From the IMG/VR virus record IMGVR_UViG_3300037418_002332: a stretch of DNA of 64,000 nucleotides; one strand, written 5' to 3'. Each line of letters begins with the position of its first letter. Position 1 is the stretch's first letter. The notes below the pieces were generated by a model. That model worked only from the letters and a program-made list of their open reading frames with translations. It was not told the DNA's origin and made no database searches. Origin of the DNA: a virus (Duplodnaviria; Caudoviricetes). Position numbers and translations under genes: made by a program. Below are positions 19,835 through 29,783 of the stretch, one piece after another.

Positions 19835-20443
19835 ATGGCTTCTTTCGGAATTTGGGATACATTTTTTGTATATCAATTCGTTAAAAGACTTGTCAAACCT
19901 TTTGACAAGTGGGAAGCTTACAAAACTGGCGTCATTGATAAATCAGGGAACATAGTTGTTCCCTATGATGACAGAAATGAAGAACAACGTAAGTCATTCA
20001 GATACTTTGATTTGCTCGTATTGAATCTCAAAAAAGTTCTAGCCAAAATTCCAGGTGGTTCCACCAAAATTGCCACATACGCAGCTGCAATCTGGTTGCT
20101 CCGTGAAGACGTCAACAAATTCAATCTTGAAACCCTTGAAGAAGATTTCATAACTTTTCTTAAAGAAGACATTGCTAATACCGCAAATCCGGCGCATATT
20201 GCTGGATTGGATAATCCACCTAAGTTCATGAACCATAAGGTGTATAATGTTAAGATGAGTACATTGATGAAGATTCGTCACGGTAAAAAGCCAAAAGACA
20301 GATATGCAAAATATCTGGATGAGGAAGAAAACGCCGAAGAAATTCGTCAATATTGCCGATCCAATCCAAATGAATCAGTGATCTTGCAACATCAACCGTC
20401 AGGACAAATGATGTTTCTAAGACGAAAGCCACAAAGGAATTAA
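19835..20443 (+). CDS. conserved T4-like protein (probable virion protein)
   Basis: YQFVKRLVKPFDKWEAYKTGVIDKSGN block. Confidence 0.7.
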   Translation: MASFGIWDTFFVYQFVKRLVKPFDKWEAYKTGVIDKSGNIVVPYDDRNEEQRKSFRYFDLLVLNLKKVLAKIPGGSTKIATYAAAIWLLREDVNKFNLETLEEDFITFLKEDIANTANPAHIAGLDNPPKFMNHKVYNVKMSTLMKIRHGKKPKDRYAKYLDEEENAEEIRQYCRSNPNESVILQHQPSGQMMFLRRKPQRN

Positions 20444-20446
20444 GAT

Positions 20447-20680
20447 ATGGGTGATAATGCATATGAAGAACGTGTTGATAATGTTGTTGAAACTTTGATG
20501 AATATGAATCCAGATGGAATACCAAATAAGGAAATTGAATCAAAACTTTTATTCGTATGCGAAGGAATGTTGGAATTCAGACTTGGTGGTAAAGCATGGA
20601 AAGATTTTGCAGGTGATGTGAAAAAGAAACTTGTTCCGCTTTTAAAAGAAGCAAAAGCCGAAAAGAAGAAAGATGCCTAA
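20447..20680 (+). CDS. hypothetical protein
   Basis: 77-aa ORF. Confidence 0.55.
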   Translation: MGDNAYEERVDNVVETLMNMNPDGIPNKEIESKLLFVCEGMLEFRLGGKAWKDFAGDVKKKLVPLLKEAKAEKKKDA

Positions 20681-21089
20681 ACATATGATGACCTTGTCCG
20701 AATACATCGAACAAATGCCGATTTCAGATGCTGACTTAAAAAAGGTCGAAGCATACCTTGATGCTGTGTTTGCGAAACTTGGAATTGACGTTGAGTTCGG
20801 AAAGCATTTCAAGGACCGTCTGAATGATGCTCGTAATGGAAAACAAATTTCCAAAACCGAGTTGATTAATCTTTTCACTAAGGAATACGAAAGATACGGA
20901 AAGGTCATTGCCCAAATGGGCCCTGATAAGGAAGCGTTGCTAACTGACCTTTCGTCTGATGTTAATACACCAATTATTTTAAAATGGAATCGTGGTACTC
21001 AAAAGCTAGAAATGGCTGTTAAGACCATTATGAGAAAGAAAAATTTCAAACCTAACGACTCGAGAGAAAAACACTTTAAAGTGACCTGA
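20673..21089 (+). CDS. conserved T4-like hypothetical protein
   Basis: FGKHFKDRLNDARN...KTIMRKKNF block. Confidence 0.65.
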   Translation: MPKHMMTLSEYIEQMPISDADLKKVEAYLDAVFAKLGIDVEFGKHFKDRLNDARNGKQISKTELINLFTKEYERYGKVIAQMGPDKEALLTDLSSDVNTPIILKWNRGTQKLEMAVKTIMRKKNFKPNDSREKHFKVT

Positions 21090-21096
21090 GGCTACT

Positions 21097-21582
21097 ATGT
21101 TTACAACCACGATCCTATCCACGCTCATTGGTATTTTCGGAAGTGCGATCCCTGATGTGATCAGCATTTTCAAATCACGACAGGATACGATTAATGAAGT
21201 CAAACTCCTTGAAGCCAAAACAGAATACAACAAAATCGCCTCTCAGCTTAAGATCGATGAGCTCAATACTCAGGCTGATATTTCAGAGACCGAATCAATT
21301 CATGATTCTGATGCTGCTCTTGATGGTGGAAAGTTTGTTAACGCTTTTAGAGCAATTATCCGTCCCTTTATCACCGTGGTTTTCTTTATTACATTCATGG
21401 CAATAAAAGCATATGCTGTATATTATGGGACACATGTTCAAGGTTTGGATATAATTAATATGTTACCAATCATCTGGGATGACGAAACCTCCGCAATTTT
21501 TGGTGCCGTCATGGGCTTTTGGTTTGGTAATCGGAACATCGAAAAGTATTATGCTCGAAAAAATAATAACAAGACGAGCTAA
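21097..21582 (+). CDS. holin (GTA 3TM-type)
   Basis: AFRAIIRPFIT...WDDETSAIFGAVMGFWFGNR; multiple TMs. Confidence 0.7.
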   Translation: MFTTTILSTLIGIFGSAIPDVISIFKSRQDTINEVKLLEAKTEYNKIASQLKIDELNTQADISETESIHDSDAALDGGKFVNAFRAIIRPFITVVFFITFMAIKAYAVYYGTHVQGLDIINMLPIIWDDETSAIFGAVMGFWFGNRNIEKYYARKNNNKTS

Positions 21583-21591
21583 GGAACAGAA

Positions 21592-21918
21592 ATGCCCGAT
21601 TCAAATCAACAACAAGTATCAAATAAGGAAATTTTACAAATCCTCAAATCAATGCAGGATAAAAGTGAATCCATCATTGTGTTGACTCCAACTGAAATTC
21701 AAACATTTAGAGATATCCTTAAGACGATAACTGTTGATGATCTTCGATACATCAAAGAATACTCAGAAGACCGTAAAGCTGTTACACGTGTTCTTGGTAA
21801 AGTGAAAAACTTCATTTTGGTTACAGCTGCAATTGTTGTAGCATACTTCGCTATTATTAGAAACGTTCTACCACCATTGCGTGAACTGCTTCTTAAATTT
21901 CTGCAAGGCGGAGGATAA
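21592..21918 (+). CDS. membrane protein
   Basis: C-terminal TM segment. Confidence 0.55.
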   Translation: MPDSNQQQVSNKEILQILKSMQDKSESIIVLTPTEIQTFRDILKTITVDDLRYIKEYSEDRKAVTRVLGKVKNFILVTAAIVVAYFAIIRNVLPPLRELLLKFLQGGG

Positions 21919-21921
21919 TCA

Positions 21922-22425
21922 TTGATTAAGTTTGTTCGCACTCAAGTTCTATGGATTATAGCTGCTTGCATCACTGGCATGATGATTGCATCCGCCATAA
22001 ATTTTTTCATTGATTCATCTAATCAGCTTGATACGATTGCCGACAAAGATAAGCCTGTGCTAATAAACGTTTCAATCGTAGATTACGAAAAATCAAATGG
22101 CAAACTTTACGTCAATGTGGTTGGTGAAAAGGTCAGAGAGGATTGCGGTGCTCCTCTGAAAATTTCTGGATTTTATGGTTCTCCATTGATTCCCTTAGAC
22201 TCAGTTGAAATTGTCAAAAGCATTGAAACTAAGGAAATTGTCCATGCTCCATATGTTCAACGTCCATCAATTCCTGGTGTTCAACAAAATTTTGGATGGT
22301 GGGAAATTATTCCAATACCAAATGGGCCTTTCTATCTGTATGTAGATTACCTGTGCGGACAAAATATCCAAGGTCAAGAACCTTACATCAAAAAGAGTAT
22401 TCTAGGACCATATTCAATAGAATAA
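21922..22425 (+). CDS. membrane-anchored hypothetical protein
   Basis: N-terminal TM/signal. Confidence 0.55.
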   Translation: MIKFVRTQVLWIIAACITGMMIASAINFFIDSSNQLDTIADKDKPVLINVSIVDYEKSNGKLYVNVVGEKVREDCGAPLKISGFYGSPLIPLDSVEIVKSIETKEIVHAPYVQRPSIPGVQQNFGWWEIIPIPNGPFYLYVDYLCGQNIQGQEPYIKKSILGPYSIE

Positions 22426-22471
22426 TTTTTGTCAGTATTTTCTTTTTGGTGCCAACCTTTAGAATGAACCT

Positions 22472-23440
22472 ATGAATTGGCTTGATACAAAATACGCTTC
22501 ATTAATTACTCCATATGTACGCAATTTCAGAGTGAAAGGAACTTCACTCTGGAACTTCAGTTGTCCCATTTGTGGTGATAGTCAATCGCGCAAGCATTTG
22601 GCACGTGGTTATCTTTACGAGGATGATCATGAACTCAAGTACAAATGCCATAATTGCGGATTCAATTCCAAATTTTGGTTTTTTCTCAAGACATTGAATG
22701 CTGGTTTGTATAAGCAATACAAACTTGAGAAAATGAAAACTGAAGGCAAAATGCCAAAAAAGGCTGAAGTCAAGTATGTCAAGCCTGAGATGCCTGTTAA
22801 ATCGGACATTGAAAAACAATTTCTTCCTTTGAATGATGCAGCATTAGCATATCTGAAAAGCAGAGAAATAACTAAGATTGATGATATCAAGTATACAGAT
22901 GATTTGTTCAAACTTACTAAATTCTTTCCCGATAAATCCTTGCCTGAAGGTGAACGCATCATCTTCCCTATTCGCAATCGTCGGAAGGAACTGGTTGGGA
23001 TAAGTGCTCGATCGATCAATCCAGCAAATAAGCTGCGATATGTTCTACTAAAAATATTGAATGAACCATTGATATTTGGATTGGATAAAGTTGATATATC
23101 GAAGGATGTTTATGTTCTTGAAGGTGCAATTGATAGTCTTCATTTAGATAATGCAATTGCGGTGAATGGTTCAGATTTGATCAAAGTGTCAGAAATAATT
23201 CCAAAAGATCGTCAAATATTAGTTTTCGATAATCAGCCTCGAAATCGAGAAATCGTCAACAAAATGTTAGCAGCTTGTGATAATGGTTATCGAATAGTCA
23301 TATGGCCAAAAAATATTCCAGAAAAGGATGTTAATTTGATGGTTCGTACATATGGACTTGCTAAAGTAATTGAATGGTTGGGTAATACATACAAAGGAAT
23401 GAGTTGCAAAGTCAAGATCAACGATTGGAAAAGAATATGA
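22472..23440 (+). CDS. gp61: DNA primase gp61
   Basis: CPICGDS...CHNC zinc finger; toprim EGAIDS, FDNQPRNREI. Confidence 0.95.
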   Translation: MNWLDTKYASLITPYVRNFRVKGTSLWNFSCPICGDSQSRKHLARGYLYEDDHELKYKCHNCGFNSKFWFFLKTLNAGLYKQYKLEKMKTEGKMPKKAEVKYVKPEMPVKSDIEKQFLPLNDAALAYLKSREITKIDDIKYTDDLFKLTKFFPDKSLPEGERIIFPIRNRRKELVGISARSINPANKLRYVLLKILNEPLIFGLDKVDISKDVYVLEGAIDSLHLDNAIAVNGSDLIKVSEIIPKDRQILVFDNQPRNREIVNKMLAACDNGYRIVIWPKNIPEKDVNLMVRTYGLAKVIEWLGNTYKGMSCKVKINDWKRI

Positions 23441-23658
23441 TGTTTCAAATGAATGAAAAACTACCACCTGAAATGTGGTTGCAAATTTTAGTTGCATATG
23501 TTGAAGAGAACTATAAAGAACACTTTGATACATGGGAAATTTTCACCAGAAATTATGCCAACATGGAAATTTGGCAAGAAGCATACGACGCGGACATTGA
23601 GCCTGAAGATGCTTGGGAAGACGAAATGAGTTATTGGACAGTAGGAGAAAACAGTTGA
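23437..23658 (+). CDS. acidic hypothetical protein
   Basis: ATG overlaps primase stop. Confidence 0.55.
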   Translation: MMFQMNEKLPPEMWLQILVAYVEENYKEHFDTWEIFTRNYANMEIWQEAYDADIEPEDAWEDEMSYWTVGENS

Positions 23659-24050
23659 GCGATACAGAAATTGTAGAAGGAAATTTGGAACAAGGTAATT
23701 TTGATGTGACAGAATTCAAATCAGCATTAGCTAATGGTTCGATAAATTCAGCTTTATTTCAATTCAATTTTGATAATGAGTCAACAATGCCGAACATTCC
23801 ATATTTGGCATTCAAGTATAAATTGTCCCAATCCAAGTTGAAAATTTGGTTTTATGAAACTGAAGATGGTATTTGGATTGACGGTGAAAATACTAAACTG
23901 ATTAAATTGAGTGTTTTCAAGGCTGATGGCACCAAAGCATATACAATTTCACTTGATGTTGAATTTGCGAAAGCTTCAACCAAAGGAAGTTGGGCAACTG
24001 GAAATAAGATTAAAGAATATAAGTTTACATACAGGGTATTGTCCAATTGA
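23655..24050 (+). CDS. degenerate tail-tube (gp19/gp54-like) paralogue
   Basis: FDVTEFKSALANG..SALFQF and SWATGNKIKEYKFTY resemble gp19 N- and C-terminal motifs (recalled). Confidence 0.5.
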   Translation: MSDTEIVEGNLEQGNFDVTEFKSALANGSINSALFQFNFDNESTMPNIPYLAFKYKLSQSKLKIWFYETEDGIWIDGENTKLIKLSVFKADGTKAYTISLDVEFAKASTKGSWATGNKIKEYKFTYRVLSN

Positions 24051-24904
24051 TTAGTGCTAAAATAATTCTCGGTTCTGAGTATAACGGAAAACGCATCACA
24101 ACCTTTGAATTGACATATCCACGTTTCATTCATGCTGAATTCATGACACATCGTGTATTCAGCCGAAATGCTGCCTCATCAAGAGCAATTCCGGTTCTTA
24201 AGATGTTGAAGATGATTTGGAATGATATGGCTATGCCTATCCATTGGGGTGCTAACCAATCAGGCATGCAGGCAAAGCAAGAACTTTCTCCAATGAGAAA
24301 GTGGTTCGTTCGAAAAATTTGGCGCGGTGCAGGACGAACTGCTTTGGCTGCTGCTTGGTTAATGAATAAGTTTGGTGCGCATAAGCAAATTGTTAATCGT
24401 ATAGTTGAACCATGGTCACATATCACTGTTATCATGACTACAACTGAACTTGATAATTGGTTTGAACTTCGTGATCATCCTGATGCCCAACCTGAAATTC
24501 ATGAACTCGCAAAACAAATGCGCGAAGCAGTTCGAACATATTACTATGATAAGCTCAAGGCTGATGAATGGCATTTGCCATATGTTAAAGACTATGAAAA
24601 AGCAAAGTATTCATTGTTAAAATGTATTCAAGTGTCGGTTGCGCGTTGTGCACGTGTGTCATATCTGACTCATGATGGTCAATTGTCTTTGTTTGAAAAG
24701 GATGTTCAACTTTACGAACGTCTAGTTGGATCAGTTCCACTTCATGCATCACCAGCTGAACATCAAGCTGCTCCTGTGTTGAATGCAGGTGAGAAGAAAT
24801 ATCAAGGTAACTTTTTTGGCTGGAAACAGTTTAGAAAAATTCTTGAAGAAAAGATGGCAGGCGGTAATTCAACCCTTGTTCAAACGACGTTCGCCTATAA
24901 ATAG
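24047..24904 (+). CDS. thyX: FAD-dependent thymidylate synthase
   Basis: THRVFSRNAASSRAIP, ARCARVSY, HASPAEHQA. Confidence 0.9.
   Translation: MISAKIILGSEYNGKRITTFELTYPRFIHAEFMTHRVFSRNAASSRAIPVLKMLKMIWNDMAMPIHWGANQSGMQAKQELSPMRKWFVRKIWRGAGRTALAAAWLMNKFGAHKQIVNRIVEPWSHITVIMTTTELDNWFELRDHPDAQPEIHELAKQMREAVRTYYYDKLKADEWHLPYVKDYEKAKYSLLKCIQVSVARCARVSYLTHDGQLSLFEKDVQLYERLVGSVPLHASPAEHQAAPVLNAGEKKYQGNFFGWKQFRKILEEKMAGGNSTLVQTTFAYK
24896..24903 (+). promoter_or_regulatory. T4 late promoter
   Basis: exact TATAAATA upstream of nrdA. Confidence 0.7.
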
Positions 24905-24957
24905 TGTTCCTTACAATGAGCCTGTTCATGGCTCATTTTCCATTTCCAGGAGTTTAA

Positions 24958-27255
24958 ATGTCCATAACAATCAAGAAGCGCAGTGGCGCCGACGAAATTC
25001 TACAAATTGACAAAATCCATAAACAACTTGAATTTGCCTGCGAAGGCATTCACAATGTTTCCGTTTCAGAAATCGAGTTGAGATCGGAACTACAGTTCTA
25101 CAACAACATGACGACTGAAGAAATTCAAGAAACGTTGATTAAGACAGCTGCGGATTTGATCACTGAAGAAACACCAAATTATCAATATGTTGCTTCACGT
25201 TTGATCAACTTCGATTTGAGGAAGAAAGTTTTCGGTGATACTGAACCAAAATCAATCTACGAAATCGTAAAAGCTGGTGTTGCAGCAGGGTTCTATGAAC
25301 CTGGATTGCTAGACTGGTACACTGAATCCGAATGGGATTCTATGAATCGTATGTTGAGACATGAACGTGACTTCAACATTGTTTACGCTGGAATGGAACA
25401 ATTCAGACGAAAGTATCTCGTCAAAAATAAAATCACCGACCAATACTATGAAACACCTCAAATGGTTTACATGTTGATCGCAGCAACAGCTTTCAATATG
25501 GAAGAAAAATCAAAAAGACTAAAGCTGATCAAGGAGTTTTATAATGCAGTTAGTAATTTCGACATTGGCTTGCCTACTGCTATTTTGGCTGGAGTTAGAA
25601 CTCCTATTCGCCAGTTCTCCAATTGTACTCTTATTGACGTGGGCGATAGTCTTGATTCCATTAATGCAGCTGCATCATCTATCGTCAAATACGCTAGCAA
25701 GAGAGCTGGTATTGGTTTCAACGTTGGTCGTCTTCGTGCTATTGGGTCTCCTATTCGTAATGGAGAAGTCACCCACACCGGTGTTCTTCCCTTCATTAAG
25801 TATCTCACTGCTGCATTAAAATCATGTAATCAAGGTGGCATTCGTAATGCTTCCGCAACATGTAATTTCCCAATGTGGCACTATGAATATGAAGACTTGG
25901 TTGTTTTGAAGAATAACAAGGGTGTTGAAGAAGCACGTAATCGTTCAATTGACTATGTCATTCAAATCAATCAAGTTCTACTACAAAGATTGATTGACGG
26001 CAAAGACATTACATTGTTCTCACCATCTGATGTTCCTGATTTGTATGAAGCATTTTTCAGATCAAATGCTGAATTTGAATATCTTTACAACAAGTATGAA
26101 AAAGATAAATCAATTCGTCATCGTAAGATTTCCGCATTGGAAGCTTTCAGCCAATTGATCCTTGAGCGTAAGGAAACAGGTCGTATCTATATTCAATTTG
26201 TTGATAATACCAATGAACATGGTGCATATGATAGTTCAAAGCAAATCATTACCATGACTAACCTTTGTGTTGAAATCACTCCAATCACCAAGCCTCTTGA
26301 TGATGTGAATGATCCAAATGGTATTGTTTCACTATGTACTTTGGCTTCATACAATTTGGGTAATGTAAAGACACCATCTGACTTTGAACGTATGTCTTCA
26401 ATCTTGGTTCGCTTCCTTGATAACATTCTAACATATCAAGATTATTTGCTTCCAGCTGCGAAACATTCAACTGATCTTTACAGAAACATTGGTATTGGCT
26501 TGACCAACTTGGCATATTTCCTTGCTAAGCATAACCAAAAATATACTGATGAATCAACTACTGAGTTTCTTGCTCCGTTCTTTGAAGCATACTCATATTA
26601 CACGATCAAAGCTTCAATGGAATTGGCTAAGGAACGCGGTGCTTGCTTGGGCATCGATGATACCAAATGGAAGCAAGGGTTGACTCCGGTTGATACATAC
26701 CGCAAAACTCTTGACGAATACACCAAAAACGATTTACTTCTTGATTGGAATCAGCTAAAAAGTGATTTGAAAGAGTTTGGTGTTCGTAATGCTAATCTCA
26801 TGGCACAAATGCCTAATGAGACCAATTCTCAGGTCATTAACTCAACCAACGGCATTGAACCACCGCGTTCACTAGTTTCCGTTAAGAGTTCCAAGGATGG
26901 TGCTCTTAAGCAGGTCGTGCCTGAAATTTCAAGATTGAAGAAGCGATATGAACTTCTTTGGGATCAAAAGTCTCCCGAAGGATATCTGAAAATCTGCGGT
27001 CTTTTGACTAAGTTCATTGATCAAAGTATTTCAACAAACACTTCTTACAATCCTGAGTTCTATGAAGACAAAATCATTCCTATGTCAGTGTTGATCAAGG
27101 ATTTAATTACTGCCTATCGTATGGGTATCAAGACCTTGTACTATCACCAAGAAAATGACATGGCTGGTGAAATTGAAATCAAAGCTGAAGTTCCAATCTT
27201 TGTTGAATCAACTGATTCGTTGGAAGATGAGTTCTGCGAAAGTTGTGCCATTTAA
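24958..27255 (+). CDS. nrdA: Ribonucleotide reductase class Ia alpha
   Basis: ATP cone, FSNC, NQGGIR, TNLCVE, NSTNGIEPPR, C-terminal CESCAI. Confidence 0.97.
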   Translation: MSITIKKRSGADEILQIDKIHKQLEFACEGIHNVSVSEIELRSELQFYNNMTTEEIQETLIKTAADLITEETPNYQYVASRLINFDLRKKVFGDTEPKSIYEIVKAGVAAGFYEPGLLDWYTESEWDSMNRMLRHERDFNIVYAGMEQFRRKYLVKNKITDQYYETPQMVYMLIAATAFNMEEKSKRLKLIKEFYNAVSNFDIGLPTAILAGVRTPIRQFSNCTLIDVGDSLDSINAAASSIVKYASKRAGIGFNVGRLRAIGSPIRNGEVTHTGVLPFIKYLTAALKSCNQGGIRNASATCNFPMWHYEYEDLVVLKNNKGVEEARNRSIDYVIQINQVLLQRLIDGKDITLFSPSDVPDLYEAFFRSNAEFEYLYNKYEKDKSIRHRKISALEAFSQLILERKETGRIYIQFVDNTNEHGAYDSSKQIITMTNLCVEITPITKPLDDVNDPNGIVSLCTLASYNLGNVKTPSDFERMSSILVRFLDNILTYQDYLLPAAKHSTDLYRNIGIGLTNLAYFLAKHNQKYTDESTTEFLAPFFEAYSYYTIKASMELAKERGACLGIDDTKWKQGLTPVDTYRKTLDEYTKNDLLLDWNQLKSDLKEFGVRNANLMAQMPNETNSQVINSTNGIEPPRSLVSVKSSKDGALKQVVPEISRLKKRYELLWDQKSPEGYLKICGLLTKFIDQSISTNTSYNPEFYEDKIIPMSVLIKDLITAYRMGIKTLYYHQENDMAGEIEIKAEVPIFVESTDSLEDEFCESCAI

Positions 27256-27623
27256 TGAACAATTTCGATAAAACCCAATTGACATTGCAAATGCTCGAAA
27301 AATTTGATCGGGCAATTGCTTTGGGTGGTAAACATGTTGCCACTGAATATTTGTATTCAGGATTGGGAACCCATAATCGTGATGGCACGTTAACTAAGGA
27401 ATATGGTGGTCAAAGAACAGATGATGATCACCCTGTTCATTCTAAAAAGGTAGAACCACCTGCTGCGAAAATTTCAAATCCAATTTTCACTGTTGAAATA
27501 GAACTTGAATTGGTTCAAGATTTGAAAGCAATAAGCCATCTAAATTGGAAAGATGAATTAGCAAAGGTTCTTGGTACTGAACTGGTGGTACAATACGAAG
27601 AATGGGAAAGAAACAATCCTTAA
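27255..27623 (+). CDS. small protein ending in a major-capsid (gp23) fragment
   Basis: LELVQDLKAISHLNWKDELAKVLGTEL resembles gp23 IELAQDLRAVHGMDADAELSGILATEI (recalled). Confidence 0.65.
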   Translation: MNNFDKTQLTLQMLEKFDRAIALGGKHVATEYLYSGLGTHNRDGTLTKEYGGQRTDDDHPVHSKKVEPPAAKISNPIFTVEIELELVQDLKAISHLNWKDELAKVLGTELVVQYEEWERNNP

Positions 27624-27886
27624 GAGGTACAATTATGCCTACAATCTATTTGGGTGTTTTTGGACTGGCAATCTCAATTTTTCTCGCAGTGATGAGAAAT
27701 ACTGATGTGAATGAGGAAAATAAAGATGGACAAAAAAGCGACGGCGATAACGCTGAGAGCGATCGCAGCGATGGCGGAAAAGCTGGCTGACGATCTTACT
27801 GGCAATCGTTTGTGGGAAGGCGAATTCAATGAGGCTGCATCACAAATCAAAAAGTATGCAGCCTCATTGCCAGATGAAAAAGGAAG

Positions 27887-28441
27887 ATGGTAATGAAACT
27901 TTATACAGCACCCGATGACATTTCGGAAACAAGAAAAATCAAGGGAAACTATGATTTCAAAGTTTTTCTTGGTGGCTCGATTGAAATGGGAAAGGCTGTT
28001 GATTGGCAAAATGAAGTGGTTGATTACTTCAAGCACCAAGACCGCTTAGTGCTCTTCAATCCTCGTCGTCCTGATTGGGACTCAACTTGGAAGCAAGACC
28101 CAACTCCCGGAACTCCATTTCATGAACAGGTGAATTGGGAACTTGATGCTCTCAATGATTCAGATTATGTTTTGTTCTATTTTGATCCAAACACCGTCAG
28201 TCCTATCACTTTGTTGGAATTGGGCATCTATTCACAACACAAAGATAAAGTTATCGTGGTCGTTTGTCCTCCCGATTATTTCAGGTATGGAAATGTTAAG
28301 ATCGTTTGTAATCGTGAACGACTCATCCACTTTACGTCATTGAAGCCTGCCTTGGAATGGCTTGGCACCGATATTCATGACGTTATCGCTTTGTCTGATC
28401 CAGACTATGAAGAAAAACAATTGAAGCCTTTGGAGAAATAA
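27887..28441 (+). CDS. nucleoside 2-deoxyribosyltransferase-like protein
   Basis: VFLGGSI..DWQ, QVNWE, SPITLLELG. Confidence 0.8.
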   Translation: MVMKLYTAPDDISETRKIKGNYDFKVFLGGSIEMGKAVDWQNEVVDYFKHQDRLVLFNPRRPDWDSTWKQDPTPGTPFHEQVNWELDALNDSDYVLFYFDPNTVSPITLLELGIYSQHKDKVIVVVCPPDYFRYGNVKIVCNRERLIHFTSLKPALEWLGTDIHDVIALSDPDYEEKQLKPLEK

Positions 28442-29556
28442 TGGAAATCAATGTTGACTACACCAAGAGAAAAATGTTTCTCAATGGTGACGTTTCAATC
28501 GCTCGTTATGATCAATTGAAATATCCAATGCTTGACACATTGGTCAAGCGTCAAAGAAGCTTCTTCTGGCAACCTGAAGAAATTCAAGATATTGGTCGTG
28601 ATAAATCCGACTTCAATCTTCTTCAACCTCATGAAAAGCACATTTTCGTTTCAAACCTTTTGAGACAAACGCTTTTGGATTCAATCCAAGGTCGAGCTCC
28701 TTCTGAAGTTTTCACTCCAATCACCTCAGTTCCTGAGGCTGAAATTTGGACGCAAACTTGGGCTTTCTCTGAAACAATCCATTCATATTCATACACTTAC
28801 ATTGTCAGAAATATTTTTGCCAATCCAAGTGAAGTGTTTGACAAAATGCCGTCCATTCAAGAAGTTGTAGATTGCGGTGTTGATATTTCCAAATTTTATG
28901 ATGAATTAGCAATTTACAATAAATTGGTTGATATTTATGGCTATGATGCAGATGTTGGCCATCACGAAATAACTCTCGATCCATTGAATGAGTATGAGCA
29001 TAAGAAACGTCTTTGGAAGTGTTTGATGTCAGTTAACATTCTTGAAGGCATCCGTTTCTATGTTTCATTTGCTTGCTCATGGGCTTTTGCCGAACGTAAG
29101 ACTATGGAAGGCAATGCAAAAATCATTAAGTTGATTGCGCGTGATGAAAATCTTCATCTGGCTTCAACACAATACATGCTTCGTGAATTGAAGAAAGAAG
29201 ATGCTGACTTTGCACAAATTGCAGAAGAAACTGAATCTGAATGTATTCAAATGTTCAATGAAGCTATTCGACAAGAAAAGGAATGGGCTGATTATCTGTT
29301 CAAAGATGGATCGATGATCGGGTTGAATGCAAACATTCTCAAGCAATACGTGGACTATATAGCAAAACAAAGAATGAAGGCTGTTGACCTACCTTGTGAA
29401 CTAGAAGTGAAAACCAACCCACTTCCATGGACAAATAAATGGATCGGTGGTAAGGAAGTACAAAATGCACCACAGGAAGTTAATATCACCAGTTATCAAG
29501 TTGGTGCTATTAAATCAGATCTTGATTCTGATTCCTTGAAAGGTTTCAAACTTTAA
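28441..29556 (+). CDS. nrdB: Ribonucleotide reductase class Ia beta
   Basis: FFWQPEEI, DSIQGR, ETIHSYSY, EGIRFYVSF, RDENLH, APQE. Confidence 0.97.
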   Translation: MEINVDYTKRKMFLNGDVSIARYDQLKYPMLDTLVKRQRSFFWQPEEIQDIGRDKSDFNLLQPHEKHIFVSNLLRQTLLDSIQGRAPSEVFTPITSVPEAEIWTQTWAFSETIHSYSYTYIVRNIFANPSEVFDKMPSIQEVVDCGVDISKFYDELAIYNKLVDIYGYDADVGHHEITLDPLNEYEHKKRLWKCLMSVNILEGIRFYVSFACSWAFAERKTMEGNAKIIKLIARDENLHLASTQYMLRELKKEDADFAQIAEETESECIQMFNEAIRQEKEWADYLFKDGSMIGLNANILKQYVDYIAKQRMKAVDLPCELEVKTNPLPWTNKWIGGKEVQNAPQEVNITSYQVGAIKSDLDSDSLKGFKL

Positions 29557-29783
29557 TGCCAACTGCAAATACAGTTTTAAATATCAAGCAATATTTTGAT
29601 GTAGAAAATTATGAACCAACTGTTATCTATGACAACAAAATCCATGTGGTCGGTAGATTAAAAAGAACTTACAATGATGTTGCATTTATCTATGCGCCAT
29701 ACATTCCATTGCAAATGGTTGGAGCACCAGCAAATACTGCAATAAAAACGGTTGGATTTAAAACGAGATACGGCATTGTCTGA
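29556..29783 (+). CDS. 75-aa protein carrying gp23 C-terminal block
   Basis: AFIYAPYIPLQMVGA...VGFKTRYGIV resembles gp23 AGIYYAPYVAL...MGFKTRYGI (recalled). Confidence 0.75.
   Translation: MPTANTVLNIKQYFDVENYEPTVIYDNKIHVVGRLKRTYNDVAFIYAPYIPLQMVGAPANTAIKTVGFKTRYGIV

Noticed and set aside
24958-29556. Introns or inteins in nrdA, nrdB, thyX or polymerase
   Set aside because: All have normal lengths and continuous motifs
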